A stretch of DNA of 64,000 nucleotides from an uncultured Clostridia bacterium (GCA_944388805.1 CALXKE010000004.1:6799-70798); one strand, 5' to 3'; positions 9,527-17,599 are shown, counted from the first letter of the stretch. Notes: generated by a model not told the origin, from the sequence alone. A program made the numbers and translations.

Positions 9527-10532
9527 TTGGAAAGATTAGGAAAACAAACTATTAAGTTTAACACACCTCCTTCTATTTTAGAATGCGCTTCTATTGTTGG
9601 TCCCAAAGAAGCTGAAGGTCCTTTGGCTAAATATTTTGATCAAACATTAGACGATGAGTTCTGGGGAGAAAAAACATGGGAAAAAGCAGAAAGTAAAATT
9701 ATAAAAGAAACTGTAAATATGGTTATTCGTAAAGCACGGTATTTCAGCCAGTGACATTGATTGTATGTTTGCAGGAGATTTACTTAATCAATGTATCTCT
9801 TCAAGTTTTGGATTAAGAGATTTAAATATTCCCTTTTTTGGCGTATTTGGTGCTTGTTCTACTTTTGTCGAATCTTTAACTTTAGGTGCCATTTGTGCAG
9901 AAAGTTTTGCAAATTATGTTTTATGCGCCACTTCTAGTCACTTTTGTAGTGCTGAAAAACAATTTCGATTTCCTTTGGAATTAGGAAATCAACGACCACA
10001 AACCAGCCAGTGGACAGTTACAGGTTCAGGCAGTAGTATCATTGCCAAAAATGGATCTGGACCATATATTACACATATTACCCCTGGAAAAATTATTGAT
10101 ATGGGCATAAAAGATGGAAATAACATGGGTGCTGCCATGGCGCCAAGTTTTGCAGATACACTAACAACACATTTTCTAGATACCGGAAGAAGTCCTAATT
10201 ACTACGATGCTATCATAAGTGGAGACTTAGGATATGTTGGCAAAGATATTGCTATCGACTTATTGAAAGCAAATGGGTATAACATAAAAAATAATTATAA
10301 TGATTGTGGCGTTTTAATTTTTGATAAAGAAAATCAAGATACTCATAGTGGTGGTAGTGGTTGTGCCTGCTGCGGAACTGTATTTTCTGGATATTTTTTC
10401 AAACAGTTAAAAGAAAGAAAAATGAAAAGAATCTTATTAATTGCTACTGGTGCTTTGATGAATTCTACTAGTTCACAACAAGGTGAATCTATTCCAGGAA
10501 TTGCCCATGCCATTAGTATTGAAAATCTATAA
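9527..10532 (+). CDS. spoVAD: Stage V sporulation protein AD, reading frame broken by one extra nucleotide at about 9735-9737
   Basis: Track ORFs 9419-9754 and 9765-10532 are the two halves. ..GKQTIKFNTPPSILECASIVGPKEAEGPL.. joins ..GISASDIDCMFAGDLLNQ.. only after a +1 shift. Total length is 1006 nt (3n+1). TTG start at 9527 follows GAAAGGAG. Confidence 0.85.
9735..9737 (+). other. Frame-break site: in-frame CGG (GCA CGG TAT); the downstream frame resumes at GGT
   Basis: Zero frame AAA GCA CGG TAT TTC AGC CAG TGA. The +1 frame after GCA reads GGT ATT TCA GCC AGT GAC ATT GAT TGT ATG TTT GCA GGA GAT. Confidence 0.8.
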
Positions 10533-10630
10533 ATTAGATAATTATTTTATTGTTAAAATATGATAAATAAAATATAACTTTATGCAAAAAATCTATTTTA
10601 TTTTTAATTTGCGAAAGGAATGAAGTTTTT

Positions 10631-11027
10631 ATGAGTGAAATTGATTGGGGTACTGTTTTTGAATGGTCTTCACTTCTAAAATGTTTTATTGTTGGTGGTT
10701 TGATTTGTGTTATTGGTCAAATTTTAATTGATAAAACCAAATTAACCCCTGCTAGGATTTTAGTTATTTTTGTAACTTTAGGTGCTATTTTAGGTGGATT
10801 AGGAATCTATCAATATTTAGTAGATTTTGCAGGTGCCGGTGCCACTGTTCCTTTAACAGGATTTGGTTATAACCTAGCTAAAGGGGCTATTGAAGAAGTA
10901 AAAAATATAGGATTTATTGGTGCTTTTACAGGTGGTGTGAAAGCTGCTGCTGGACGGAATTGCTGCTGCCATTTTCTTTGGTTATTTAGCTGCTCTAATT
11001 TCAAAACCAAAAATGAAAAAGCAATAA
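10631..11027 (+). CDS. spoVAE: Stage V sporulation protein AE, reading frame broken by one extra nucleotide at about 10964-10966
   Basis: N-terminal 110 aa are typical SpoVAE (..VGGLICVIGQILID..VPLTGFGYNLAKGA..). After GCT GGA the zero frame gives RNCCCHFLW..; the +1 frame gives GIAAAIFFGYLAALISKPKMKKQ* (stop 11025-11027). Length is 397 nt (3n+1). Confidence 0.82.
10964..10966 (+). other. Frame-break site: in-frame CGG (GGA CGG AAT); the downstream frame resumes at GGA
   Basis: Sequence gctgctggaCGGaattgctgctgcc; see the spoVAE entry. Confidence 0.8.
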
Positions 11028-11049
11028 TTATTTTCATATAATATGTATA

Positions 11050-11077
11050 AAATGAGAGAATAGAACTCTCATTTTTC
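11050..11077 (+). terminator. Intrinsic terminator after the spoVA cluster
   Basis: atgagag-aatagaa-ctctcat stem-loop followed by TTTTTC. Confidence 0.6.
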
Positions 11078-11220
11078 TTTTATCTATAATTTCATATCTA
11101 TCATATACAAAACCTTGAAATGCAATTATTAAAGTTTTACATTTTTCTAATTTTTTGTCAAATTTTATAGCAAAAAAATAAAGTTACTTTATTTTCATAA
11201 AATAACTCCATTCTTTCTAT

Positions 11221-11571
11221 CTATGCTTTTTTTGCAATTTCAGCAATTTCTGTAAAAGCTTTTGGATCTGTTATAGCAATGTCTGCTAACATTTTTCTAT
11301 TAATTGTTACATTTGCCTTTTTTAATCCTGCAATTAATCTGCTATATGTTGTTCCATTCATTCTTGCTGCTGCATTGATTCTTGCTATCCATAATTTTCT
11401 AAAATTACTCTTTTTATCTTTTCTTCCAACATATGCATATGCTAAAGATTTCATAACTGCTTGATTTGCATTTCTAAATCTATAATGTTTTGCTCCAAAA
11501 TATCCTTTGGCTTGTTTTAATATTTTTTTATGTCTTGCTCTTGTTGTTCTTGCTGTTTTTACTCTTGCCAT
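11221..11571 (-). CDS. rplT: 50S ribosomal protein L20
   Basis: [28 protein letters not shown].. is the canonical L20 N-terminus. Last gene of infC-rpmI-rplT. Confidence 0.95.
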   Translation of the reverse strand: MARVKTARTTRARHKKILKQAKGYFGAKHYRFRNANQAVMKSLAYAYVGRKDKKSNFRKLWIARINAAARMNGTTYSRLIAGLKKANVTINRKMLADIAITDPKAFTEIAEIAKKA

Positions 11572-11589
11572 ATCTATCTCTCCTTTCTT

Positions 11590-11793
11590 TTAATTATTAT
11601 ATGGTAATAGCTTTTTGATTGTATTCATACATGTTTTATCTGCATAAGCATTTTGAATTTTTCCTGATTTTTTTTGTCTTTTTGTTTTATTTGCTAATAA
11701 GTGTCTTCTGTTTGATTTTGTTCTTTTTACTTTTCCTGTTGCTGTTAAAGAATATCTTTTCTTTGCAGCTTTATTTGTTTTTAATTTTGGCAT
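11590..11793 (-). CDS. rpmI: 50S ribosomal protein L35
   Basis: MPKLKTNKAAKKRY..; 67 aa and basic, between infC and rplT. Confidence 0.9.
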   Translation of the reverse strand: MPKLKTNKAAKKRYSLTATGKVKRTKSNRRHLLANKTKRQKKSGKIQNAYADKTCMNTIKKLLPYNN

Positions 11794-11815
11794 AAGTCAT
11801 TCTCCTTCCTATTTT

Positions 11816-12331
11816 TTATTTTTCAGTTTTTTTAGCAAGAATGGTAAACATATTTCTTCCTTCAAGTTTTGGTGCTTTTTCTACTACTGCAATATCACTC
11901 ATATCTTCTATGAATTTATTTAGCACCACTTCACCTGCTTTGGAATTGTTTACTTCTCTTCCTCTAAATCTAACTGTTATTTTTACTTTGTTTCCATCTT
12001 GTATAAATTTTTTTGCATTTTTAGATTTAAAACTAAAGTCATGTTCTTCAATATTAGGAGTCACTCTTATTTCTTTAATTTCAAAACTTTTTTGTTTTTT
12101 CTTAGCTTCTTTTTCTTTTTTTGCTTGCTCAAATTTATATTTTCCATAGTTCATGATTTTACAAACTGGTGGATTTGCATTTGGAGCAACTAAAACTAAA
12201 TCTAAGTTTTTTTCTTCTGCTCTTTCTAAAGCTTCATTTAAAGAAATAACACCCACTTTTTCTCCATTATCTCCTATTAATTGAACTTCTTTTGCTCTTA
12301 TTTGACCATTAATTGGTAATTCTTGTTTTAT
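11816..12331 (-). CDS. infC: Translation initiation factor IF-3 (probable non-canonical ATA start)
   Basis: ..INGQIRAKEVQLIGDNGEKVGV..NPPVCKIMNYGKYKFE.. The TTG used by the ORF track lies inside the SD GGAGGTG. The first codon at proper spacing is ATA (12329-12331), consistent with the known unusual infC start codons. Confidence 0.85.
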   Translation of the reverse strand: MKQELPINGQIRAKEVQLIGDNGEKVGVISLNEALERAEEKNLDLVLVAPNANPPVCKIMNYGKYKFEQAKKEKEAKKKQKSFEIKEIRVTPNIEEHDFSFKSKNAKKFIQDGNKVKITVRFRGREVNNSKAGEVVLNKFIEDMSDIAVVEKAPKLEGRNMFTILAKKTEK

Positions 12332-12352
12332 ACAAAACACCTCCAATACTCT

Positions 12353-12523
12353 GACAAATTTCGCTTTGAGAGAATTTTACTTTATATTTTCTAAATATAA
12401 CTATATTTATTTAAATTCTCGAGAAGCGTAAAAATTTGTCGACGCGAAAAATTGCTTTGCAATTTTTCTGTGCAATATATTTTTTTATATTATAGGAAAT
12501 ACAATTTTCTATAATATAAAAAA
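12353..12523. repeat. Three-hairpin intergenic element, family PE2, copy a
   Basis: The segment ttctcgagaagcgtaaaaatttgtcgacgcgaaaaattgc-ttt-gcaatttttctgtgcaa is near-identical to 16127-16200. It is flanked by a long imperfect hairpin (gacaaatttcgc../..gcgtaaaaatttgtc) and an A/T-capped hairpin around tataggaaa. Confidence 0.8.
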
Positions 12524-12648
12524 ATTTGACTTTTGTTACAAGTCAAATTCAAAATAAAACTAGCATTATTGTAAATGCTAAAATTATTCAATTTCTAACC
12601 TTTTTCCTCAGTTGGATAAGGTGAGAAGTTTGACTTCTTCTTGTAACG
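12517..12648 (-). promoter_or_regulatory. Leader/attenuator of the infC-rpmI-rplT operon (L20-leader-like; identity not proven)
   Basis: On the minus strand GTTACAAG..GTCAAA (near 12640) can pair with TTTGACTTGTAAC about 100 nt downstream. That segment alternatively forms the terminator TTTGACTT-GTAACAA-AAGTCAAA plus T7 (12517-12550). Confidence 0.4.
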
Positions 12649-12654
12649 TTAAAT

Positions 12655-12683
12655 ATAATATCATATTTGTTGCTAGTTGTCAA
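12655..12683 (-). promoter_or_regulatory. Sigma-A-type promoter for the infC operon
   Basis: Minus strand TTGACA (12678-12683), 17-nt spacer, TATTAT (12655-12660). Confidence 0.5.
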
Positions 12684-12826
12684 TGCATTTAGCAATTTTT
12701 TTTATCTTTTGAAGTAATTTTATTACCGTAAACTGTATGAATTGAATTTTTGTCAGTATATAAAGCAAAAAAACTTCATACTATCCTTCTCCTTTTTTTG
12801 TTAGTTAACGGTTAACGGGTCACAAC

Positions 12827-14068
12827 TTACACAAACTCTTCCCATACCAAATTTGCCAAATCTAATCCTTTATTTGTCAGTTTTATATAATCTCCATCTA
12901 TCATAACCAATTTTTCCTCTACTAGTTTTTCTAATTCTTTTCTATATAAAAATATAGGATTATCAATATATTTTTCTTTAAATTTTGAGATAGATACGCC
13001 TTCTATTGTTCTTAAACCCAAAAGCATATATTCTTTTTTTCTGTCTTCTACATCTTGTACTTCTTCTATTTCATAAACTGTTTCTATATTCTTTTCATGT
13101 TCTTCTAGACTTGTTTTTTCCTTATGATTAGATAATTCTAAAATATCATTTACAATTTGTCTATTTAAATGAATCATTCGCGTAATATATTGGTTCATTT
13201 CTGAAGTATTGGTATATCTAACATAATTTAAATAGGAATGTGCAGCTAACCCAATTCCAATATATTCTTTTTGTCTCCAACAATTTAGATTATGCTTTGA
13301 TTCTTTTCCTTCTTTTGCAAAATTAGAAATTTCATAATGTGTATATCCATTTAATTCTAATGTATTTTTTACATACCAATACATATTTCGTTCAAGTTCT
13401 TCATCCATTTCTTGTAACTGATTATTTTGTATTTTTTTTGCTATTACTGTTCCTTCTTCTACAATTAAAGAATATACACTAATATGTGTTGGATTTAACT
13501 GTATAACTTCATTTAAGCTTGTTTTTATATCTTCTATTGTTTGGTTTGGTAATCCTATCATCAAGTCTACATTTATATTGTCAAAACCAACCTGTTTTGC
13601 CATTTGATAAGTTTCTAAAAATTGTTCATATGTATGGATTCTTCCTATTTCCTTTAATATCTTATTATTTGTACTTTGAAGTCCTATACTTAATCGATTA
13701 ATTTTGGCTTTTTTATACTGTTCTAATTTTTCTTTATTGACTGTTCCCGGATTTACTTCTATGGTAATTTCCATATCTTCAAATTTCACTTTGTTCTGTT
13801 TTAAGTTTTTTTCTAATACTTCCATTATTTCACAGATATATTTACTATCAATATAGGATGGTGTTCCTCCACCAATATATATCGTGGTTACTGTATATGT
13901 CTCTAAAAACGTTTTATCTTTAAAATAATTGTAGATTTCCTTTTTTACAGCTTCAACATAGTTTTCTATAAAATCTTGTTTATTTGAAAATGAAATAAAA
14001 TCACAATAATCACATTTATGCTGACAAAATGGTATATGTATATAAATTCCTAATTCTCTATTTTCCAT
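12827..14068 (-). CDS. hemW: Radical SAM heme chaperone HemW (HemN-like, oxygen-independent coproporphyrinogen oxidase family)
   Basis: CQHKCDYCDF radical-SAM cluster motif near the N-terminus, GGGTPS motif, HemN C-terminal-like domain. 413 aa. Confidence 0.85.
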   Translation of the reverse strand: MENRELGIYIHIPFCQHKCDYCDFISFSNKQDFIENYVEAVKKEIYNYFKDKTFLETYTVTTIYIGGGTPSYIDSKYICEIMEVLEKNLKQNKVKFEDMEITIEVNPGTVNKEKLEQYKKAKINRLSIGLQSTNNKILKEIGRIHTYEQFLETYQMAKQVGFDNINVDLMIGLPNQTIEDIKTSLNEVIQLNPTHISVYSLIVEEGTVIAKKIQNNQLQEMDEELERNMYWYVKNTLELNGYTHYEISNFAKEGKESKHNLNCWRQKEYIGIGLAAHSYLNYVRYTNTSEMNQYITRMIHLNRQIVNDILELSNHKEKTSLEEHEKNIETVYEIEEVQDVEDRKKEYMLLGLRTIEGVSISKFKEKYIDNPIFLYRKELEKLVEEKLVMIDGDYIKLTNKGLDLANLVWEEFV

Positions 14069-14946
14069 TTGCTATCTCCATGATTTTCTTTAATCTATAA
14101 TTAACACCAGATTTTCCTACTGGCTCTTTTAACAATTTTCCCAATTCTACTAATGACATATCTGGATTTTCTATTCTTAAAATGGCAATTTCTTTTAAAT
14201 TATCATCTAATTTATTGAATCTACCTTCTTCTTGCAATTTTTTAATAGCTGCTATTTGATCAATTGCTGCATTAATCGTTTTATTTAAATTGGCTGTTTC
14301 ACAATTTACAATTCGATTTACTTTGCCTCTCATCTCTTTTTGTATTCGAATATCTTCAAATTGTAATACTGCTTTATTCGCTCCAATTAATGCTAATAAC
14401 CTTGAAATTTCCTCTCCATCTTTTATATAAACAGAATATCGATTCTTCGTTATCAATTCTTTTGCATGAATATCAAAATCACTCAATATTTCTTGTAGTA
14501 CTTTTAAATTATTTTTATTAGATAACACAATTTCTAAATGATATGAATTTTCTGGGTTGTTTATAGAACCTGCTCCTAAAAAACTTCCTCTAATAAATGC
14601 TTTTTTCTTATCTTCAGCATTTGTCTCTTTTATATTCTCTTTGACACATATCTCATTATCTTTTATTTCTAAATATTCTAGCTTGTGAATATCAAATGCT
14701 TTTGTTACAATATGAAATGTTTTTCCATTAACATCTATATCATGATTAATTTCTAAATTGGATAATAATTTTGAAAATCGATTGATATTATAGTCACTCT
14801 CTGTTGAAAATCGAATGTTTTTCCCTTTTATTAAATCTGTATTTCCAGAAATACAATAACCGAATTAATTCAAATTTTACATTTTCTTTATTTACTAAAC
14901 TATTTGTTTTATTTAGTTCTTGTTTTATATCTGATGAAAAAGACAT
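14058..14946 (-). CDS. whiA: Sporulation/cell-division regulator WhiA, reading frame broken by one extra nucleotide at about 14860-14862
   Basis: ATG 14946 behind AAGGAGG gives MSFSSDIKQELNKTNSLVNKENVKFELI, then CGG and a stop about 20 codons on. The +1 frame continues GYCISGNTDLIKGKNIRFSTESDYN.. without stops into track ORF 14058-14528 (HTH-containing C-terminus). Length is 889 nt (3n+1). Confidence 0.85.
14860..14862 (-). other. Frame-break site: in-frame CGG (ATT CGG TTA); the downstream frame resumes at GGT
   Basis: Minus strand gaattaattCGGttattgtatttctgg; see the whiA entry. Confidence 0.8.
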
Positions 14947-14972
14947 CTCTTTTCCTCCTTTTTGATTACCAA

Positions 14973-15123
14973 GAGGGATTTTGGGGACGGACGAAAAGGG
15001 AAATCGGGGACGGACTCATTTTTCCCTTTTTACAAAATTTAATATATTTTAAAGTTGTTTTGGAGAAAAAGGGAAAAATGAGTCCGCCCCGATTTCCCTT
15101 TTCGTCCGTCCCCAAAATCCCTC
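14973..15123. repeat. Palindromic element PE1 (GGGGACGG-module family), full copy A
   Basis: Arms gagggattttGGGGACGGacgaaaagggaaatcGGGGACGGactcatttttcccttttt and their near-perfect reverse complement, around a 34-nt AT loop (acaaaatttaatatatttt..). Lies between the whiA start and the prmC stop. Confidence 0.9.
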
Positions 15124-15133
15124 TCGATTCAGT

Positions 15134-15979
15134 TTATCCTAATTTTGTTACAATTACTCGATCATTATCATATAAATCTTTTTTACAATATGTCCCAATA
15201 TATTGTTTTTTATCTTTTATAATTTGCATAACTTCTTCTTTTTGATCATATCCGATTTCTAAACACATATATCCTCCATATTTTAAATATTCATATCCTC
15301 TATCTATAATTTCTTTATAAAAGTCTAGCCCATCTTCTCCCCCATCTAATGCTAACCTTGGCTCTTTTCTAACTTCTCTATCTAATGTTTCCAAGTCTTT
15401 TCTTCTAATATATGGTGGATTAGAAACAATCATATCATATTTTTCTTGTCCTAAATTTTGAAATAAATCTGATTCCACAAATGTAATTCTATCTTGCACA
15501 TGATTATTTTTTGCATTTGCTATTGCAATATCTAATGCCTTTCCACTGATATCTAAAGCTGTTAATTGTACATTTTCTAAATATTTTGCTAAAGATACTG
15601 CAATTGCTCCACTTCCTGTACATAAATCTAGTATTTTTTTTGCTCCCATTTTTTTAGCTATCTTCATAACTTCTTCAACCAATACCTCTGTATCTTGTCT
15701 TGGTATCAACACATTTTCATCTACATAAAAATTCAATTTCATAAATTCTTTTTGGTGTGTAATATGTTCTATCGGCTCTCCTTGTGTTAATAATTCTACA
15801 TATTTTAAGTATTCTTGTTCTTCTTTATCTGTTAATTGTTGATTATCATACACAATTAAGTATTGTCTTGGCTTTTTTAGTACATATTGCAATAATAATC
15901 TTGCTTTTAATTTTGGCGTAGAAATTTTTTCTAATTTTAATACCGTAACAGCTTTTATCAATGCTTGTTTAATCGTCAT
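15134..15979 (-). CDS. prmC: Release-factor glutamine N5-methyltransferase PrmC
   Basis: SAM motif ILDLCTGSGAI and catalytic VSNPPYI. Start set at MTIKQAL (ATG 15979), 6 nt after GAAGGTG. Confidence 0.88.
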   Translation of the reverse strand: MTIKQALIKAVTVLKLEKISTPKLKARLLLQYVLKKPRQYLIVYDNQQLTDKEEQEYLKYVELLTQGEPIEHITHQKEFMKLNFYVDENVLIPRQDTEVLVEEVMKIAKKMGAKKILDLCTGSGAIAVSLAKYLENVQLTALDISGKALDIAIANAKNNHVQDRITFVESDLFQNLGQEKYDMIVSNPPYIRRKDLETLDREVRKEPRLALDGGEDGLDFYKEIIDRGYEYLKYGGYMCLEIGYDQKEEVMQIIKDKKQYIGTYCKKDLYDNDRVIVTKLG

Positions 15980-16064
15980 ATGCCACACCTTCTTTCTTTT
16001 TGAACTTTAGGAACAAGCTTTTCGTTTTTATTTATTTTATAATATCTACATAAAAATAGCAAGG

Positions 16065-16237
16065 GACAAATCTCGCTTCTCGAGAACTTTTCTCTACTTT
16101 TCTAACTTAACTTTATATATTTAAGTTCTCGAAGAAGCGTAAAGATTTGTCGACGCGAAAAATTGCGTAGCAATTTTTCTGTGCAACGTTTTTTTGTGGT
16201 ATAGGAAAAAGTCATTTTTCCTATACCACAAAAAAAA
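16065..16237. repeat. Three-hairpin intergenic element, family PE2, copy b
   Basis: Same architecture and about 60 nt of near-identity with copy a. The third hairpin tttttttgtggtatagg..cctataccacaaaaaaa directly follows the 6S RNA 3' end. Confidence 0.8.
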
Positions 16238-16441
16238 GCCCCGCCTTAGCCGTCAGCTTTTTAATTTTTAAGGACCTGCTCCTAAAAACAGGTGGGTGCC
16301 TACCTAAATACTTATGGGCTTCTCACTATATACTGTGAGCATGCACGCCATATTCGAGAGATCAGCCCCTCTTATAATTTGTTGGTTCTAAAAATTATGC
16401 TCTTACGTACTACGCAGGGATTTTTGTAATCCTTATTAGAT
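16230..16441 (-). ncRNA. ssrS: 6S RNA (SsrS)
   Basis: Minus strand ..GCGUGCAUGCUCACAGUAUAUAGUGAGAAGCCCAUAAG.. parallels the E. coli 6S central segment GAGCAUGCUCGGUCCGUCCGAGAAGCCUUAAAAC (recalled from memory). The 5' CCCUGC-UAG-CGU-AGC-UAAUUUUUAG pairs with the 3' CUUAAAAAUUA-GCU-ACG-CUA-GCGGGG to form a long closing helix. The RNA ends in U8, is GC-richer than the flanks, has no ORF and is about 200 nt. Confidence 0.65.
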
Positions 16442-16448
16442 TATCTAT

Positions 16449-16477
16449 ATATTAACACATTTAAATTTGTTTTACAA
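16449..16477 (-). promoter_or_regulatory. Candidate sigma-A promoter of the 6S RNA
   Basis: Minus strand TTGTAA (16472-16477), 17-nt spacer, TAATAT (16449-16454). Confidence 0.4.
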
Positions 16478-16623
16478 ATGTTTTTTTCTTTTTAAAATAT
16501 ATCTTTTCTTTGTTTATATTATTTTATCTCATTTTTTCGTTTATATTCTCTTTTTCTTTCATTTTCCTTCACTTGATTTTTTACTATTTTTATGATAAAA
16601 TAAATGTATATTTATGAGTGTCT

Positions 16624-16648
16624 GAAGGTCTTAAGACCTTCTTTTTTT
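16624..16648. terminator. Perfect hairpin gaaggtcttaagaccttc plus T7, between trhA and the 6S locus
   Basis: 9-bp perfect palindrome. The T-run is on the plus strand and an A-run precedes it, so it looks plus-oriented or bidirectional although the neighbouring genes are on the minus strand. Confidence 0.45.
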
Positions 16649-16722
16649 ATTGTATAGGAAAAATCCACTTTTATTTTTACCACATAATACAATTTTTCAG
16701 TTACATGAATTCTATCCTATTT

Positions 16723-17397
16723 TTACATGACAAATAATAATATGCAGAAAAATTGTAAAATGCTACCTAATAAAATAAACATGTGAAAAATAGAATGCAT
16801 CCATTTGTGTTTTTTTCCAACACCATATAAAATGGCTCCTATGGAATAAGCAATTCCACCTGCTAATAATAAGCTAAATCCTGCTATTCCTAATAATTGT
16901 GGTAATAAATTAATTTTTACAACAATACACCATCCCATAACTAAATAGCATATCATTGAAAACTTTTTAAATTTCTTTATATCAATTGAATTTAATACAA
17001 TTCCTAATATTGCCATAGCCCATATGATACCAAATATCGTCCAACCAGTCGCTGTACTATATTCTCTTAATGTACATAGTGCAAATGGTGTATAAGAACC
17101 TGCAATTAATAAAAATATAGAACAATGGTCTAAGACTTGAAAAACTCTTTTAGAATATCTTTTGGGACTTAACCCATGATAAATACTAGACATGGTATAT
17201 AATATAATCATGGTCACACCATAAATGGAACCACTCACAACTCCATATCCATTTCCATGAATCGCTGCAAATACAACACACAAAACAGTTGCTACAATTC
17301 CCAAAACAGCTCCTACAATATGTGAAGTCATATTAAATATTTCTTCTCCCTTTGTATATTGGGGCAATATTCTATCTTTTAATTTTACTCTTGTCAT
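16723..17397 (-). CDS. Hemolysin III / PAQR family membrane protein
   Basis: 224 aa, 7 TM. Conserved ..SSIYHG.. and ..DHCSIFLLIAGSYTP.. and C-terminal HSIFH motifs. Confidence 0.85.
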   Translation of the reverse strand: MTRVKLKDRILPQYTKGEEIFNMTSHIVGAVLGIVATVLCVVFAAIHGNGYGVVSGSIYGVTMIILYTMSSIYHGLSPKRYSKRVFQVLDHCSIFLLIAGSYTPFALCTLREYSTATGWTIFGIIWAMAILGIVLNSIDIKKFKKFSMICYLVMGWCIVVKINLLPQLLGIAGFSLLLAGGIAYSIGAILYGVGKKHKWMHSIFHMFILLGSILQFFCILLFVM

Positions 17398-17599
17398 AAT
17401 TACATTCCTTCCTAAAGGATAATCATTTTTTTATTTCAGCAAAACTTTATAAACTTTTTTATATTTTATACTTTTTGTTTTTGACATTATATCATTTTCA
17501 ATATGATAAGTAAATAAATAATTTGTGAATTTTGGTTGAATTATTTATCCATTGATTACTGCTCAGAACCAAATGCCGAAAAGGTTAGATTTATATTAT

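Noticed and set aside
12804-12823. Tandem GTTAACGG-TTAACGGG directly after the hemW stop, noticed because it contains ACGG like the frame-break sites.
   Set aside because: It is only two 8-nt units, and ACGG is not rare enough in 64 kb to carry meaning. No structural or coding consequence is visible.
14973-15123. Repeated GGGGACGGAC units as a possible CRISPR array or tandem repeat.
   Set aside because: There are only two direct units per arm, the arms are inverted copies of each other, there are no unique spacers at regular intervals, and there are no cas genes. This is a palindromic dispersed repeat, not CRISPR.
14904-15245. 113-aa plus-strand ORF spanning the whiA-prmC intergenic region.
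   Set aside because: It reads straight through both arms of palindromic element PE1 copy A and then runs antisense into prmC, so it is an artefact of the repeat's internal ATG.
16238-16420. The minus-strand segment contains GGGGCUGAUCUCUCGAAU, reminiscent of a tmRNA 5' end. CCUGUUUUUAGGAGCAGGUCC is reminiscent of SRP RNA domain IV.
   Set aside because: There is no tag-peptide reading frame ending in ..LAA-stop, no T-arm/acceptor 3' end, and the segment is about 150 nt too short for tmRNA. The SRP GGAA tetraloop/AGCA motif is absent. The end-to-end closing helix and the GCAUGCUC-hairpin-GAGAAGCC segment fit 6S RNA better.
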